Positions 13,469-27,100 of a stretch of DNA of 64,000 nt are shown here, piece by piece (positions within the stretch are counted from its first letter, which is position 1; every line of letters begins with the position of its first letter). The stretch is taken from the NCBI GenBank assembly GCA_030141605.1, contig JAQGDQ010000242.1:186001-250000 (forward strand), read 5' to 3'. Origin of the DNA: Tubiluchus corallicola. Its lineage: Eukaryota > Animalia > Priapulida. A program made the translations under genes and the position numbers. Under the pieces are notes generated by a model, which worked only from the letters and a program-made list of their open reading frames with translations, was not told the DNA's origin and made no database searches.

Positions 13469-14008
13469 CTGTAACATGAACAAAAAATAAAGACTTGTCA
13501 TATCTCAAAAAACAACAAACCAATTCGTTAGAACGAGCTGCTTAAGTATTAAGATTTGTTTCTATTTGTTCTGTTTCAGAGAATATCTATTAAATTTAAG
13601 CAATTATAGAATAATTATAATCATAAAATAAACCCAGTTATCCTACAATTACTAACATCATTGGTATTTACAATTACAAACAGTTACATACAATTACAAA
13701 CCAAATTTGCCTAAAAAATGTGTTCACATTCTATATCACTTGCTAATTTTATTCCATTATTAAAGGTTATTAATCACATTTGTCTTTGAGTACAAAATTT
13801 ACATGAAAGTAAAATAAAATTCATGGATAAAATTGCAATAAAGATTCAATTTGTATTCAACGCTGTTGAGGTCTTAGCCTGAAAGTTTTTCAAAATGTCA
13901 GCACAATGATTTGACCTTTCGTATGTAATACTGAAATGCACTCTTGATTACGATAAGAACAAGACAAACAGTAATAAAATCATTGCCTTGCTGGGCTCAG
14001 TTTCTCAC

Positions 14009-14205
14009 CTTCGGGATCAAGAAGTCGCTCGATTCCCAGATGTTCCTTGGCATTCTGGAAAGCGTACTCGAGGTTTTCATTGGCGTCTTTGCCGACGAGT
14101 TGGTTGTAGTCGAAAAGGTTTGGACGGAATTTATGCACGATAGCATTGAAGGCTAAACCGTCACACCAACATGTAGTGAAGTTGCGCACATTAACCCCTT
14201 CATAA
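14009..14205 (-). CDS. Dys: Dystrophin-like exon, CH2 domain
   Basis: cag / G|gtgaga; 197 nt; YEGVNVRNFTTCWCDGLAFNAIVHKFRPNLFDY...AKEHLGIERLLDPE. Confidence 0.97.
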
Positions 14206-14935
14206 CTGAAGTACAACGTTTCAGTCAGTATCAACAGATTGTAATATAACAAACTCAAAGAAAAGGATTAGACAGAAAACAATTTGATTCGTTAAAGCAG
14301 AATTACTATTAAAAACAAAACACCAAGTCAATAAAAACAAAAGATGATTGCCACCGTATGCAATTTTACACATTGCTATAGTCAGCAATGAAACTTTGGC
14401 AGCTGAAAAATGTATGAAAAGTACGGTTTCTTACGTATGGTACTGCATAATTAGAATACCCGCACACCTGCTTTTTATTTGCTAGGTCATGGGGAAAATG
14501 CTCCGGCAAGCCATAAAAAATTTTTAAAATGGCATGTGCTACTGCCCTGGCAGCCCTGCCTAGTGCATTATCAAAATGAAAATGAGGTTAGAATAATATT
14601 CCTTTGAACATGCTCATAAATTTTTATAACAAATTAGGCAGCATTGTGGAAACCAATTTGTTATAAAAATCCACAATTCACGATACATAATGTATAACAA
14701 GCTGGTATTATATGACGAATATTCACTAAAGAGAAACACTATTCTTATTACATCACTGCAAATTTAACAAAACATTGAATAAGACACAAGACATTTTAGT
14801 GTTCAGAACAATGTGAAATCTTTCATTGGGCAGTTTTGTGTTTATGCTTCATGTTTTGTGTAAACAGCAATACTTGGAAAGTGGCGATACCATAATTCGT
14901 GTGTTAAGGTGAGTTCTACATCGTTAAATACTAAC

Positions 14936-15027
14936 CCTGCAGTAACCTGTCGACACCAGCTCAACAACGTCCTCTCGAGGTTGCTCTGATGGAGATCCGA
15001 AACCATGTCTTTCATGACATCTTTAAC
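14936..15027 (-). CDS. Dys: Dystrophin-like exon, CH1-CH2 linker and CH2 start
   Basis: tag / GG|gttagt; 92 nt; VKDVMKDMVSDLHQSNLERTLLSWCRQVTA. Confidence 0.96.
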
Positions 15028-16047
15028 CTAACAATAGTTTGCATTGCTTATTTATAATGTAAACTGTAAATTTACAGTTTACAATGTATTTATTTATTTA
15101 TTTATAAAGAGCTCCTAAAATAAACATTTTTTCAAAGGTACTGTACAATTAAAAATATTGAGATAAAATACTAAAAAACTACAATACAATTAAACCATTA
15201 AATCTATAAATCATAAAAATCTGCAAAACATTCACACTTATACATTAAAATACTGCTTAAAAACATGAGTTTTTAGTTTCCTTTTAAAAAAGTTTAAGTT
15301 TGAGCTCTAATTTCATTTGGTAGCTTATTCAAACACTTTGGCTCAAAGCTTGAAAATCCTAAATCAGCAAAGTCTTTCTTCTTATTAAAAAACACAACAA
15401 GTTCTAATTCATTTGCTTTGCTAACTCGTGTGCCCTGTTATAAACATGAAACTGTAGACTACTAGCCAAGTAAGCCGGAGTAAGTAGTTACTACACCCTT
15501 GCAGGAACTGTGAAAACGCCAGTCAAAAAAAGACTCAATCTAGTTAGTTTAGTACCGATTATTTATTATTTATCAGATTTGTACTTTTCCTGTTTATCAA
15601 AGAAAAAATTGATTGGGACGACTAGGAGGAAAGACATCAAGATATGCACAAAAGATCATTAAAAATGAAAATTGCATAAATCTTGCAAAGTAGAATACGC
15701 AATTAAGCGAGAAACAGGCTATCCAAAAGACAGTAAAGAGAACAACTAGCAAATGTTTCATTGTACAACACTTGCAACACAAACTACAAGACATTTGTTA
15801 GGAAATCTGCATTATGTGTGTGAGGTATTTACATAATGCTAAACAATTTGTCACAAATAACTTTAGAAAAGATTTACAAATCAAAACGCCCAACTTTACA
15901 ACTATCCTTAGACACTACAGGCATTTGTTGTCATTTTATACGAAAAATTTTAAACTTTTTTCATAAAAACTTTGGAGATGTTTCAGTTCTAATTTTTACC
16001 AGCTACATGCTGCAGATGCAAAGTCCCCCCACACCTTTATAACTTAC

Positions 16048-16140
16048 CTGCCAGTGAAGAATAATGCTCCAAACCAGACCTAGTGTGAGCTTTGGATTTC
16101 CATCAACTATGTCGTTATTGCTTATGTTGACCAGCTTCAC
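16048..16140 (-). CDS. Dys: Dystrophin-like exon, end of CH1 (exon 5 equivalent)
   Basis: cag / CAG|gtaagt; 93 nt; [31 protein letters not shown]. Confidence 0.97.
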
Positions 16141-17447
16141 CTGTTTGCACAAGGGCAACAAACAACAGTCCATGACCAAATTATGAAAGATAACAATGTT
16201 GCCCATGCACGGGGCAATGAGAAATAGTGCAGGACTACTGACCGTGTAAAAACTCGAATAAACGGAGGGTGCTCGAAAGAAAAAGTATACAAGCACTAAT
16301 CTTATGCATAATGCTTTTAAATCGATAATATTCCAAGCACTATTTCATAATAAAGAAAATGCCTGAACTACTGCAAATACGCAATACAGGTTCAATGTGA
16401 GCAACAGCCAACAACTTTTAGCTTCTAAAGATTTCTGCTACTTTCTTATACATCTAGAATATTCCATACTTTTGGTACCATTGAAACGGCAGTGGTGCTG
16501 ACTGGCATAGCAGTGTCTAGTTTCTTGATGGATTACTGCTGTGTTTACCTGTCTTTAGAGTGCAGTTCTTTTATTTTAAATTCTGCCTGCCCAATGTCTA
16601 CAATAGACGTACGGGCATATGATGATGATGTACCATTGAGTAAGGTTTGTGTACAAGTAATAACACTTAAAGACCATATTTAAGAGCAAAACATTACTAG
16701 CCATTGAGAAATTACTTAGCCATTTGAAAATGGGACAAAAAGTCCTGACGAACCACAGTATCATTTTCCTGAAACAATTTTACATGTTATCGAAACAATT
16801 CTTGCTAATGTGAGTGCATTCCAGTTAAAGTTTTGCAGAAACAAAAACGTGTTCCAGCCAACAAATATTAAATGGTTTTGTTTAGGAATTAGTTACTGCT
16901 AGTGGGAGAAACCTCACAGTTTTGATATTGTCCAAAATTCAGTAGTGTTAATCTAAGTTATTGCAGATTTCAATTTTTCTCGACATTAAATTTACTATTG
17001 CTGTGGCTGCATGAAAATGTATTTTGCACTAAATTCATTGTAGACAATTTTCTGAGTACATTATAACATCTTATCAGAGTATTTTACCACTAGGAGCTAT
17101 AAACGTGCAGTCACACAAAGTTAGGTGTGCTAATTCTAATATTTAATTTTGTATTAATATGTTAAAAAATTCTACTATGCATTTAGTTTTTCTTATGGTA
17201 CTTAGAAGCACTGTCTTTCATACATGTGTATCATTATAGTAACAATTAAGCTTTTAAAGAATATAATGTAGAAAATAATAATAATTCCCATTTTATTGTA
17301 ATGTTATTACAAAAATTGTGAAATTTATCTTTACTTCAGTTGCCCGCCCTTACACCTAGCGATTTTGGTTGGCCGCAGAAACAGACTGGTCAATTTGAAA
17401 AAAGAAATTCGGTGTTGATTGGGCACCGTGATTTCTAGTGTTTGAAC

Positions 17448-17952
17448 CAGAGATGCGTGGTTATCACTTTCTCGTTTATCTACAACAACAAAATCTGCAA
17501 AACCGCAGAGTGTAGGCAAAAATTAGACTTGCCATGTGTGCCCTATTGTTAAAAACTGTTTGAAGGTAGGAGGGATTAGGACTCACTAATCAATAATAAA
17601 TTACTAGCCAAACCCTGCAAAGAAATTTTGCTTTGTAAACTCACGACGACATTAATTCACCAAACCGTGTGGCTAATGCCTACACCACATGGTGTACACT
17701 ACATCAACCAACACATCACACTCATCACACCTCACCACAAACCATAATTGAACAACTACAAACCATGAACTAGGGTACACTTTTTGTGCATACAATTGAA
17801 AATTTTACCATACATACTGTGGCTTTCGCATGCTGCAATTCCGCATAAATTCCGCAAATTCTGGCATAAAAAATCCGCAATCCACAAAACAGCAAAATTA
17901 GTGCAGACATCGCAAATGCAAGACCACAAACTCTGCTATCCGCACATCTCTG
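17448..17952. mobile_element. hAT-type MITE
   Basis: TIRs CAGAGATGCGTGGTTA / TATCCGCACATCTCTG; flanking 8-mers GTTTGAAC / GTCTGAAC (7/8 TSD). Confidence 0.8.
17604..17770 (-). mobile_element. Helitron-like 3' fragment nested in the hAT MITE
   Basis: minus strand GCAAAATTTCTTTGC hairpin then AGGGTTTGGCTAG|T; CA-rich body; same terminus as at 36341. Confidence 0.6.
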
Positions 17953-19212
17953 GTCTGAACAATACCAATAAAAGAACTATAAAGTCCCCGTGGCAGTTGA
18001 TTAGTACAATATTTGTCTGATATTGGTAGCTTTAGCTAAAAAACCAACAGACCCACACTTCTTATCAATTCGGATAAAAGCAAAGGGATGTGGACTGCAA
18101 AAAATAGTAACTAGTTTCATTCTGCTAGGCAAAAAACTCGATTATATTGCATTTTATTTAGTGTGAACTGGGCGCAATATACTAATATTTTCAATTTTGC
18201 AACCACAAAAGCTGTTTAGTTGAGCTGGAATTAAGCTGTGAATCAAGCCATACTTGCAGTAGAGCAGGATGGTTAGAATTAACGACCAATTAGTTATTTA
18301 TCCTATTCATGCATTGTTAATAAACTAAGATTATCCTTGCATGGTTAGCTCATGTTAACACCCATCAAGTAAAACCAGCCAACAAAAAACAGTAGCGACT
18401 AGAAGACAGAAATAAAATGTTATCAAATTCACCGGCCAATATTCCCCGCACCTCGCATCACGAACAAGAAAGGGGAATTCACTTCAGGAATCTAGAAGAA
18501 AAACCCCGTCCTGAATTCATGGTCAACTGCGAGACACGTGAAATTGGCGAGCTGAAAAAAAGCTGCAACTGCCGCATGCATTTTCAGTGGACATCACTAA
18601 TTTATTACCTAAATAAAAATAAATGGTAATCAAAGTCAGCAAAATCCATACAAAGTAAAATGTGAGAAAAATCAAAACCACAAAAGCAAACCTAAAGTTA
18701 TGCAAAAATGTCATTCAACAAAGAATCCAGTGAGTGATATTATACAGAACTGTAATAACCAATGGGAAAATTGCAAAAATCACCCACTAGATGGCACTAA
18801 GCAGATTCCGTTTTAAAAACTACTTAAAAATGAGATTCGAATTCAAACATCATCATTAGATCGGATTTGGTCTAGAAAATTTCAAATTCATAACATTCCT
18901 TGTCTCTTTGGTTCTGATGACTTTCGAGCATCTATTCATAATTATACTAAATAACTTCTTTGCAGTCATCCCACTACAAACAGTTAGTGTTCGAATTCAA
19001 AACCAATACATTAGTGCCGAAATAAAACCAAGTCTTCAAACAACAATCTAGTAACACAACAAACAACAAAATTAGTAGCACTTTTAAATTAAGCAACTTT
19101 CCTTTAATATCTATTTGAGTGTTAACTAGCAAGAGATGAGGCTTCTCACTTAATGATGCCCCATTAATGTATATGATGTTTGCAAACTTTCTAATGAAAA
19201 TAAGCAACTTAC

Positions 19213-19290
19213 ATTTTTTTCTTCTAATAACTGCAATGCCTTGTTGACATTGTTCAGCCAGTGGACTCGCATGCGACCAATCTCCGGTTT
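19213..19290 (-). CDS. Dys: Dystrophin-like exon, CH1 (exon 4 equivalent)
   Basis: cag / AAT|gtaagt; 78 nt; KPEIGRMRVHWLNNVNKALQLLEEKN. Confidence 0.96.
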
Positions 19291-19458
19291 CTGAAACAAA
19301 ATATAATTAGTGAATCTATGACCTGTAATCCAAGTCACAGTGCGCAGCAAGATTTCCGTTTTCACGGATTTCAAGGACACGGATTTTACGGACTTTGGGA
19401 TGGGATAGCAAATGAAATGTCTAACTTTCAAATAAATGCATTGCAGTTCATTACTTAC

Positions 19459-19551
19459 GCATTTGGTATCACACAGGATTTCCAAAAGGGCCAGAAGCTT
19501 CTGTCCATCTTGCAGATCTTGGAACAGATCAGATACTGGTGCTACATTAGC
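19459..19551 (-). CDS. Dys: Dystrophin-like exon, CH1 (exon 3 equivalent)
   Basis: ttttttcag / TGC|gtaagt; 93 nt; ANVAPVSDLFQDLQDGQKLLALLEILCDTKC. Confidence 0.96.
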
Positions 19552-19824
19552 CTGAAAAAAAAACAGTAAAATCATTATTAGCTTTTCACTATAGTACGGA
19601 ATTCAGTAACTTATTCTTCTCACCTCATGCTTAGATAAGAAAGTGCTCCCATTAACACTTAACAGAATTAAGAAGGTAAGGAAGCAGCTGCAACTGCTTG
19701 TATATTTGAAGCTAGAGGAACAAATTCTGATCTAATTGATGTTAATGGTAGGGTACAATAAACGCATAACAAAATATACATATTTGCTGATGTATCTACA
19801 GAAGCAAGAAGCACATGCACCATA

Positions 19825-20072
19825 GTTTAAACTTAAAGCAAAACCAACTCAATCTTAAACTATAGGTCAAAACAGTTGAATTTTTATCTTGAAATTTGCT
19901 TAGTTTTAGTACAACACACTGAATATCTTACAGTAGCATTGTACTTCAATTTTCGCTTTCGCAAACACGTGCAACACGCTCGTGGAATATATTTGCTGTT
20001 GAAAATCATGTTAGTTTGTGTGATGTCATCAATAGTTGGGTTAATTAAGTTTTTAATCAATAATTTAATTAT
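19825..20072. repeat. Dispersed repeat; inverted related copy at ~60410-60955
   Basis: TTTTAGTACAACACACTGAAT...TTTCGCTTTCGCAAACACGTGCAACACGCT...TGATGTCATCAATAG is found reverse-complemented at 60.4-60.6 kb. Confidence 0.8.
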
Positions 20073-21887
20073 CAAAAACACTTTTTGCAATATTGTGTTA
20101 AAATGTATACTAGTTTTTATTGGACTTGAAAATGGGGTAGTATACGAAAAGCATCCTGACTTCCTTTAAAAAGGCACATTACCATTTACTGCACTGCAGC
20201 GGAGTAGGTTAGTAATTAGAAGCGTAGGAAGGTTTATAATTTCAGTTACTTTCTTCAACGTTTTAAAGCATCTGTCAAGATGTCAGTTTGAATGTTCATG
20301 CATAATGTCTGGACATTATTGGGGTTGTTATGGCAGCATTCACGCTCGCACCTGATCAGCATGCAAGTTAACTCTTGCATCCATAATATAGCCAGTCCCA
20401 AACACGTTTACCAATGGATTAGTTCCTATGTTCCTATTACATATAACTAACATGATTTGCTACTCGTGCTACACAATAAACATGATATGAAACTATCATT
20501 TTGAGCCACTTGGTTGATCTAGCATATAATCAAACCCATCATAAATCAATTACAGTATGCCCATTGATAATTCAGCATTTAGCCAAGTGACAGGGCCACG
20601 CCTTCATCTGACCTCCACAATAAATTCAATTCCTGTTTTAAACACCCATGATGGTGTTTGGTTGGTGAAGTGATCACTTATGGTTTTATGGTTGGTGAAG
20701 TACTAGTAGACTGTAAGTTATTTCTTCCTACTGTGAGCAGCTGGGTACACGTACTGCTACAATATAGGCAATTCCTGCTATAAATTCTAATGGGATAAAC
20801 TCACACACGTGTGCACAGCCGAGAGACAAGTGCAGGGAATTTGGTTGACATGATTAAGGATCTATTTTAAGCTGCTATTAAAATGTCCTACATACCCTTG
20901 ACGAATTGACGTAGGAAAACATGCTAGTTCTTGTCATCAAGGATTAAAGAATGCGATCAATATGACAGGAATAAAAGGACAAGGTTGAGACGTCTATAAT
21001 AAGCATATAATATGGTATAATATTCATGCATCAAAAGTTAACAACTAATAACGATTTTTTTTAGTTCGAAATCGATTCGAACCTAAAATTACAGATTCGA
21101 ATAATTCAGCACTTCAGCCACATACGTTCTTTACATTAAAATGTTTGAAACAGCATGCAATTAGCACAATTTAGCTGTAGTTTCTATGCAAAATTTTTAA
21201 CAAACTAACAGGGGTTTTACTGCAGAACAAAATCAAGTAATATGCATTATCTTTGTAAGACCAGTTTTTACTACTGGTTCGAAATACTGACATTCGGTTC
21301 AATTCGAATTCGAAAGCCACAAATTCGATTCGATTCTAATTCGCTTTGTGGTAGAGAATGCTCGCTCCTACTAATAACTACGGAAAAACTTAATACCATG
21401 CATTCAGTCTCTTTTTGACAGCCACAGACCTACGAGGAGGTGAACGAATGAAGGCAAGGAGAAAGAACTGCCCAATAACAGGCGGCACAGTTAAAATATA
21501 GATGTGCACTTAATTAAAAACAGGAGTCACAACTGTATTTACTTTGTTGCTAAATGAAGCGATCCAATTACGCACGGAGAAAGATGAATCAATATGAAAA
21601 CGTGCTTCATAAGAAATATTTTCTGACGCACTTAATTTCCTGTTGAATCTTTGAAAGAACATTGGAGTGTACTTGTTTTGGCTTCGCTTAATATCTCACA
21701 TGGTTTCAGAGGGGTGGGTCATGACGAATGGAAAAAACCTTTGAAAAGTGCAAGAGAGAGGGAGAGGGAGACAGACGCATAGAGATTGATTCATTGATTT
21801 ACTTTATTTCGAGCAATTTTGTTCATATCATTATAAATACACACAATTTATATACATAAATAAATATGTAAATAATAAATTAAGGAG

Positions 21888-22059
21888 AGACGAGAGAGAG
21901 AGAGAGGAGGGGAGGGGAGGGGAGGGGAGGGGAGGGGAGAGGAGAGGAGAGGAGAGGAGAGGAGAGGAGAGGAGAGGAGAGAGGAGAGGAGAGGAGAGGA
22001 GAGGAGAGGAGAGGAGAGGAGAGGAGAGGAGAGGAGAGGAGAGAGAGAGAGAGAGAGAG
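21888..22059. repeat. (GGAGA/GGAGG)n and (GA)n purine microsatellite
   Basis: directly visible. Confidence 0.97.
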
Positions 22060-22236
22060 CACGGAAACAGGAAGGAGAAATGGCAGAATTAACAGAGCAA
22101 TCTATGACAACTGCTTTTAATTCAACAGCAGTACTTCACGTTTCAAGGACTGAAAAAGTGCAAATAAAAGAGTGATTTAAACAGTAAAATAAGAGGAGCA
22201 ACTTTAAAGCGGACAAGTTCAAATTTCTTATAATAC

Positions 22237-22298
22237 CTTGGCTAGCTGTGTGTTGATCCATTTAGCAAATGTCTTCTTCTGTACATCAACTCGCTCGT
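22237..22298 (-). CDS. Dys: Dystrophin-like exon, CH1 start (exon 2 equivalent)
   Basis: ttttacag / AAG|gtatta; 62 nt, phase 1->0; ERVDVQKKTFAKWINTQLAK. Confidence 0.97.
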
Positions 22299-23859
22299 CT
22301 GTAAAATAAGAAAGAAATAATTCGCATAAAATATGAACACATTAGACGCATCAATGAAGGTTCGTTTATATTTTATGGCCTGCTCAGAGGAAACGTAGCA
22401 CAAAAAGAGAGGCAAACTTTGAAAAAGAGTTGCTTAGGAATAAATTATTCTTAATATACAAATGTAAGAAAATTTGCATGATTAGAATCACTAAGTACAG
22501 GAGATTTCATGCCCACTGGTTTCACAACTTGCTAGCCAGGCGATTCTGCCCTGCAGCTTATCCACTCAACAGTGTAAAACGTACGATGAGCTGACTCAGA
22601 ATAGGGAATAATAGTTTGCTGATTTACACTGGCAAATCAAAATCACTATTTTAACGCCTGTCAACCCACTGATTTCACAGCCTGTGGGTCAGGTTGGTGT
22701 TGCGGCCATTGGGGCGTCTATCAAGTAACTAACGACTTCAGAAATTCGTATGAAAGCTGTACTTTCGTTCTATCAATGACGCAAAAAACTACACTCTCGT
22801 GTAGCTCGCACAGCTCACATTCAGGTAGCAGTAATACTCGCTCATTGATCAGTTATGCATAATTCACAGACCGGTATAAATACACACTATGCATTACGTC
22901 ACAAACTTGTACGTTATGGCAATCACGTAGACGACGACTATTCTACCTGCATCTCTGCATGTATGCACAGCTTGACAAAGCAGGTCGTTGATTTAACTCA
23001 CTCCCACGAGAGGTGAACGCGAGTTTAAACTGTAACCATAACTCATCTTTCGATATTTAGTTACTTGTGACATATTTGTAAATGTTCATAAAATTCTGAA
23101 AAGTTTGAAAAAAAATACGTAAACCAGTTCAAACAGCAGAACGGAAGTTTCAAAACAAATTACAGTCAACCTTGAAAAGGTGCAATTACCTCAGAATGGC
23201 AATCATGTGGTCGTGATGTGAAACAAGTTGAAGTAAAAATTAGATTACAATAAATCCCTTTATTTTCTTTGTAAATAAAGGTCGCTTCGCAATGGGCGAC
23301 GTGGTTAGATAGCTAAGCATTATCTAATAATAATAGCTAATAATGTTCTCAACATGAAGAAAAACCAACGAATAGATATCAGTAAAAAATTGCGCAAAAA
23401 CTACACTGGAACAGCTAAGTTATGTTGAAAACCCAGACATTAGTGGGAATTTAACTACACCACATTCTGTACTAACCTACATTTGATAGCCTCATAATCA
23501 CAGCCACATATTAAAATATAAAAACAACACTATAGCAACCTCTGCAAACATTACAGTACTTAAGAAAACAAGTAATAATATTATTAATAATAATGCAGCT
23601 GCTATTCTGCTAAAACTTTATGAAGAAGTTTTAAATTACAACGAGCCAGCAATCTGGAGTCTTTTATTGCATAAAGGGTTACGAACTGCGTGGAGCAGGT
23701 GTTCCGAACGCAGCACTTTATCCTTAATGTAATCCTTTTGGACTATAATTCATATAGTTGGTCTAAGCTCCACGTATGGGGCCATGTATAAGACTAGATG
23801 GTGAATAGTTAGTTTTACTGACACTATGAATATCTGGCTTCTAAGTAGTGATAATAAAT

Positions 23860-24107
23860 TATACTAACCTTTATTTACAGTCGGTTTTTTTGGACGAACA
23901 ATTAATTTAAGCTCCAAAGACCTTTACAGGGCCGATTGTAAATAACAATCTACAACTGCATAACAGAAACTTTTGCCCTACATACCACGAGCGCCAGGTA
24001 AGGAACAGCACGAAAATATTAAAAGTGTCTGGTATGATCCAGCCGCTGTATAGAACTAACGCCTTCCCAGACGGAAAGCGGACGCGTTACCACTACACTA
24101 AACCATC
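23860..24107 (-). mobile_element. tRNA-derived SINE, copy 2
   Basis: reverse complement GGTTTAGTGTAGTGGTAACGCGTCCGCTTTCC...GATCATACCAGACACTTT...AAATAAAGG is colinear with copy 1. Confidence 0.75.
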
Positions 24108-27100
24108 TAGTAAATGTACGGACAATGATACTAAATATATAGGATATTGCTTTAAATAATACTAAGACCATGATGGTAAATTTTTAGCATTTATTGCACA
24201 GTGCACAGGTGTATGCAGTCACACAGTAACTAAATTGAAAGACATAAGACTTTTCAGCAGAGATCTTCAGTGTCTACTTCTGCAATTATATCAAAATATT
24301 AGGTAAAAGCACAAAACTAAAATTGTTGCTAAAAGCAGCCATGTTTGTTACTGAATAAAATTGGTACCTGAATTTAGTTAGTGAATCTAGTACTAATTTT
24401 ATAACAGTTAGTTAACCCTGTTTTAGTTACAGAATCCATTCAATATTTAAAGCATTATTGAAATTCTGTACCAACAAGAACCTGTTTACATACAGGATAT
24501 GATGAATTGTCAACGAAACGCTAACTAAATATTAAAATATTACACAAATAAATTAAATCTTTTGCCAGCATGTTTACATTCGGTTGTGTTCTTTTCAGAA
24601 AGCACAGCAACAATAACAGTATATGAATTTGTATTTGACTGCATCATGCAAAAGCGTTTGCAAAATAAAGATTTACCAGAAAATTCTGCAACGTTATGAT
24701 CTCACAATATTACAAGTAAAGCAATATTCAGTTATAAAATAAATTGTTGATTCATGAATGAGAAGTTTCAACATTTATTTCAGCATGAAATTTAGAACTG
24801 TTTGTAAGTATCACGCATCCTATTCATTTTGGTTCTATTAGCAATCAAAGAAAAGAGAATTTCAAAGTTTGAACCTGTAAACCTCTAGATAAAATTCAGT
24901 TATTAAACAAATCAGAGTACGTGAGAGTGTAAAAACCTGAGCAACTGCTTCAGTGCATGAACTTCATTATGATATTGGCAAACCACCACAGTGTGAACAG
25001 TTATTGAGGTAATTTTTTGTGAAAATTTCAGTGTGAACAAGGTTCAAACAAAACTGGCAACAAAAACTAATCCATTCAAATAAGGTTTGAATGAAGCATC
25101 AGCAAACTGTTTCAGTGCAAAAATTGTTTTGGTAAAACATCCAAGTAAACCACATAAACGTAAGACCTTTTGTTGAAGTAGCTGAGTTAAACTGTTTGTA
25201 GCAGCTTCGAAACACCACCTTATTAAACCACCATAAGAACCAACCAAGAAATACGTGAAAGCACCACCTTGTCCATGAAACATAATTCTATGGAGATTAA
25301 TTAGAAAACACTTTTAAGTTTGATGATTATAGCATCATCATTTTGATTTTATTGTGGACAGAGTACCTTCTCTCATCTTGAGATCTGGGCCTTTGGACTT
25401 TTGCACATGTATTACAAAGTAGTTGGGGACCCAAGTTCTGCCCCTTGTGCAAAGTTTAGTGATTAAGGCATTATCCATTTCTATTTTACTGAGCAGACAG
25501 AGGCACAGACACACAGTCACGACTAAATGTCCCATTGCGGCTACCACACACGGACGATTGTCACATGTGTGAAATGCTTAATGAATACTTCTCTGAGTAA
25601 ATCATTTCAATGCGAATAGGGTTCGGTAATGCTACTAAGTATAAACACATGGGTCTCTCAATGTGAATAGATTTTGATAACAGTCTGAATGAAATGTCTC
25701 AATGTGGATAAGATTTGGAAAGACACCCAACTAAAAAACTCAGCATAATAAGTTTGAGTAAACCAGTTCAGCAAACTGTATTAATATGGTAAAGCATGTA
25801 AGGAGTTCAGTATTAAAAGTACAGATCCTCATAGAATGAATAGAGTTTGGTATAATCTAGATGAACCATATCGGTGTGAATAAGGTTTAGTAAAGCACTG
25901 ATCATAATATACTGTAGTTGGGTACATACGACTATGTCCATATGTACATTCGACTGAATATAAAGGCCACCTAATTATTCATAAATACATGCAATCATGA
26001 ATATAAGCTGAATACAGCCCATTTAGAATGAACCAGTTGTGATGAGAACAAATACGTGAGTCATGGGCAACTTCTAAAATTACAGTTACTCAGTTAGTAA
26101 CAATAACAGTTCGATAGAGGGCGCATCGGAGATTTCATGGCTAAAAGCATAGTCCCTGGCGTGGCACACACATAATGATTTTTGGGCTCAATGGCATTTT
26201 AAAAGATGAATGCGTATTGTATTAGCAACTGAGACTACTGCAATTCAAAATTTTCGTTCAATTTTCTTTCTTTCATCTCCCTCAAGAGAGCATTAACTTT
26301 GCCGAGAAACTATTTTACAGGCAACTTATAATTCCATTACCAAGTTTTTACTGCTCGACTGTTGATTTTATAGGCACAAAACCACGCGCTGATTTTCACA
26401 GTCAAATGCCTGTAGCCACAAGTGCTGAGAGAAAACCACCTAAGTATCTATTTTTTAACCACCAGTAAGTGTACTAACAAACTGACAATCGGTTGAAAGT
26501 GTACAATGTTTTAGAGAATCGCTGGAAACTCTGAGGTTGCAAATAATCATTGAACAACGGTTACGGTTTTTCAGAAAACCATTAATTTTCGTGACATAAA
26601 ATGATCTTCTTACATCCTAAATATAATTTATAATTTAACATTTCAGAGCAGTGGACTATCAGAATATTACTCGTTGGGTTACATTCGCAAATTATGTTCT
26701 AAGTAAACTTGGTTTTGCTCATGTATGACGAAACCAACTTGTTGTCCGGACTTAACAAAAAGTTAATAGCAAAATTCACTAACCCTAGAATAAGTTCTCA
26801 TAAATTCTACATTGAAACAGGTTGTTACACACAAACCTAAAAAAATCCCAGCCGAGAATCGTATATGTCAATATTGCGCAAAGTCGGAAGTACAGAATAG
26901 ACTTCATTTTATAATACATTGTACTTCATATGAAACGTGAGATCTAACTTATATAAAAAAATTGAAACAGCTTGTGTCTACTTTTGCTGTTATGCCTGAA
27001 CTAGAGAAATTTAAATTTTTTAACGGGTCAGAATGACTTAGATGTTCTTAAAATTATAATCAACTTTGGATATAATGCACATAAATTAATGCTTCTTAAT

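Noticed and set aside
22947-23206. Two short ATG-donor units near exon 2
   Set aside because: Both are phase 2, incompatible with the phase-1 acceptor
24040-24107. tRNA gene
   Set aside because: It is a SINE head continuing into the shared SINE body; isolated B-box-like motifs near 7316 and 32358 also lack a cloverleaf
24940-25900. CRISPR-like spaced repeats
   Set aside because: Eukaryotic intron, highly degenerate units, irregular spacing, no cas genes
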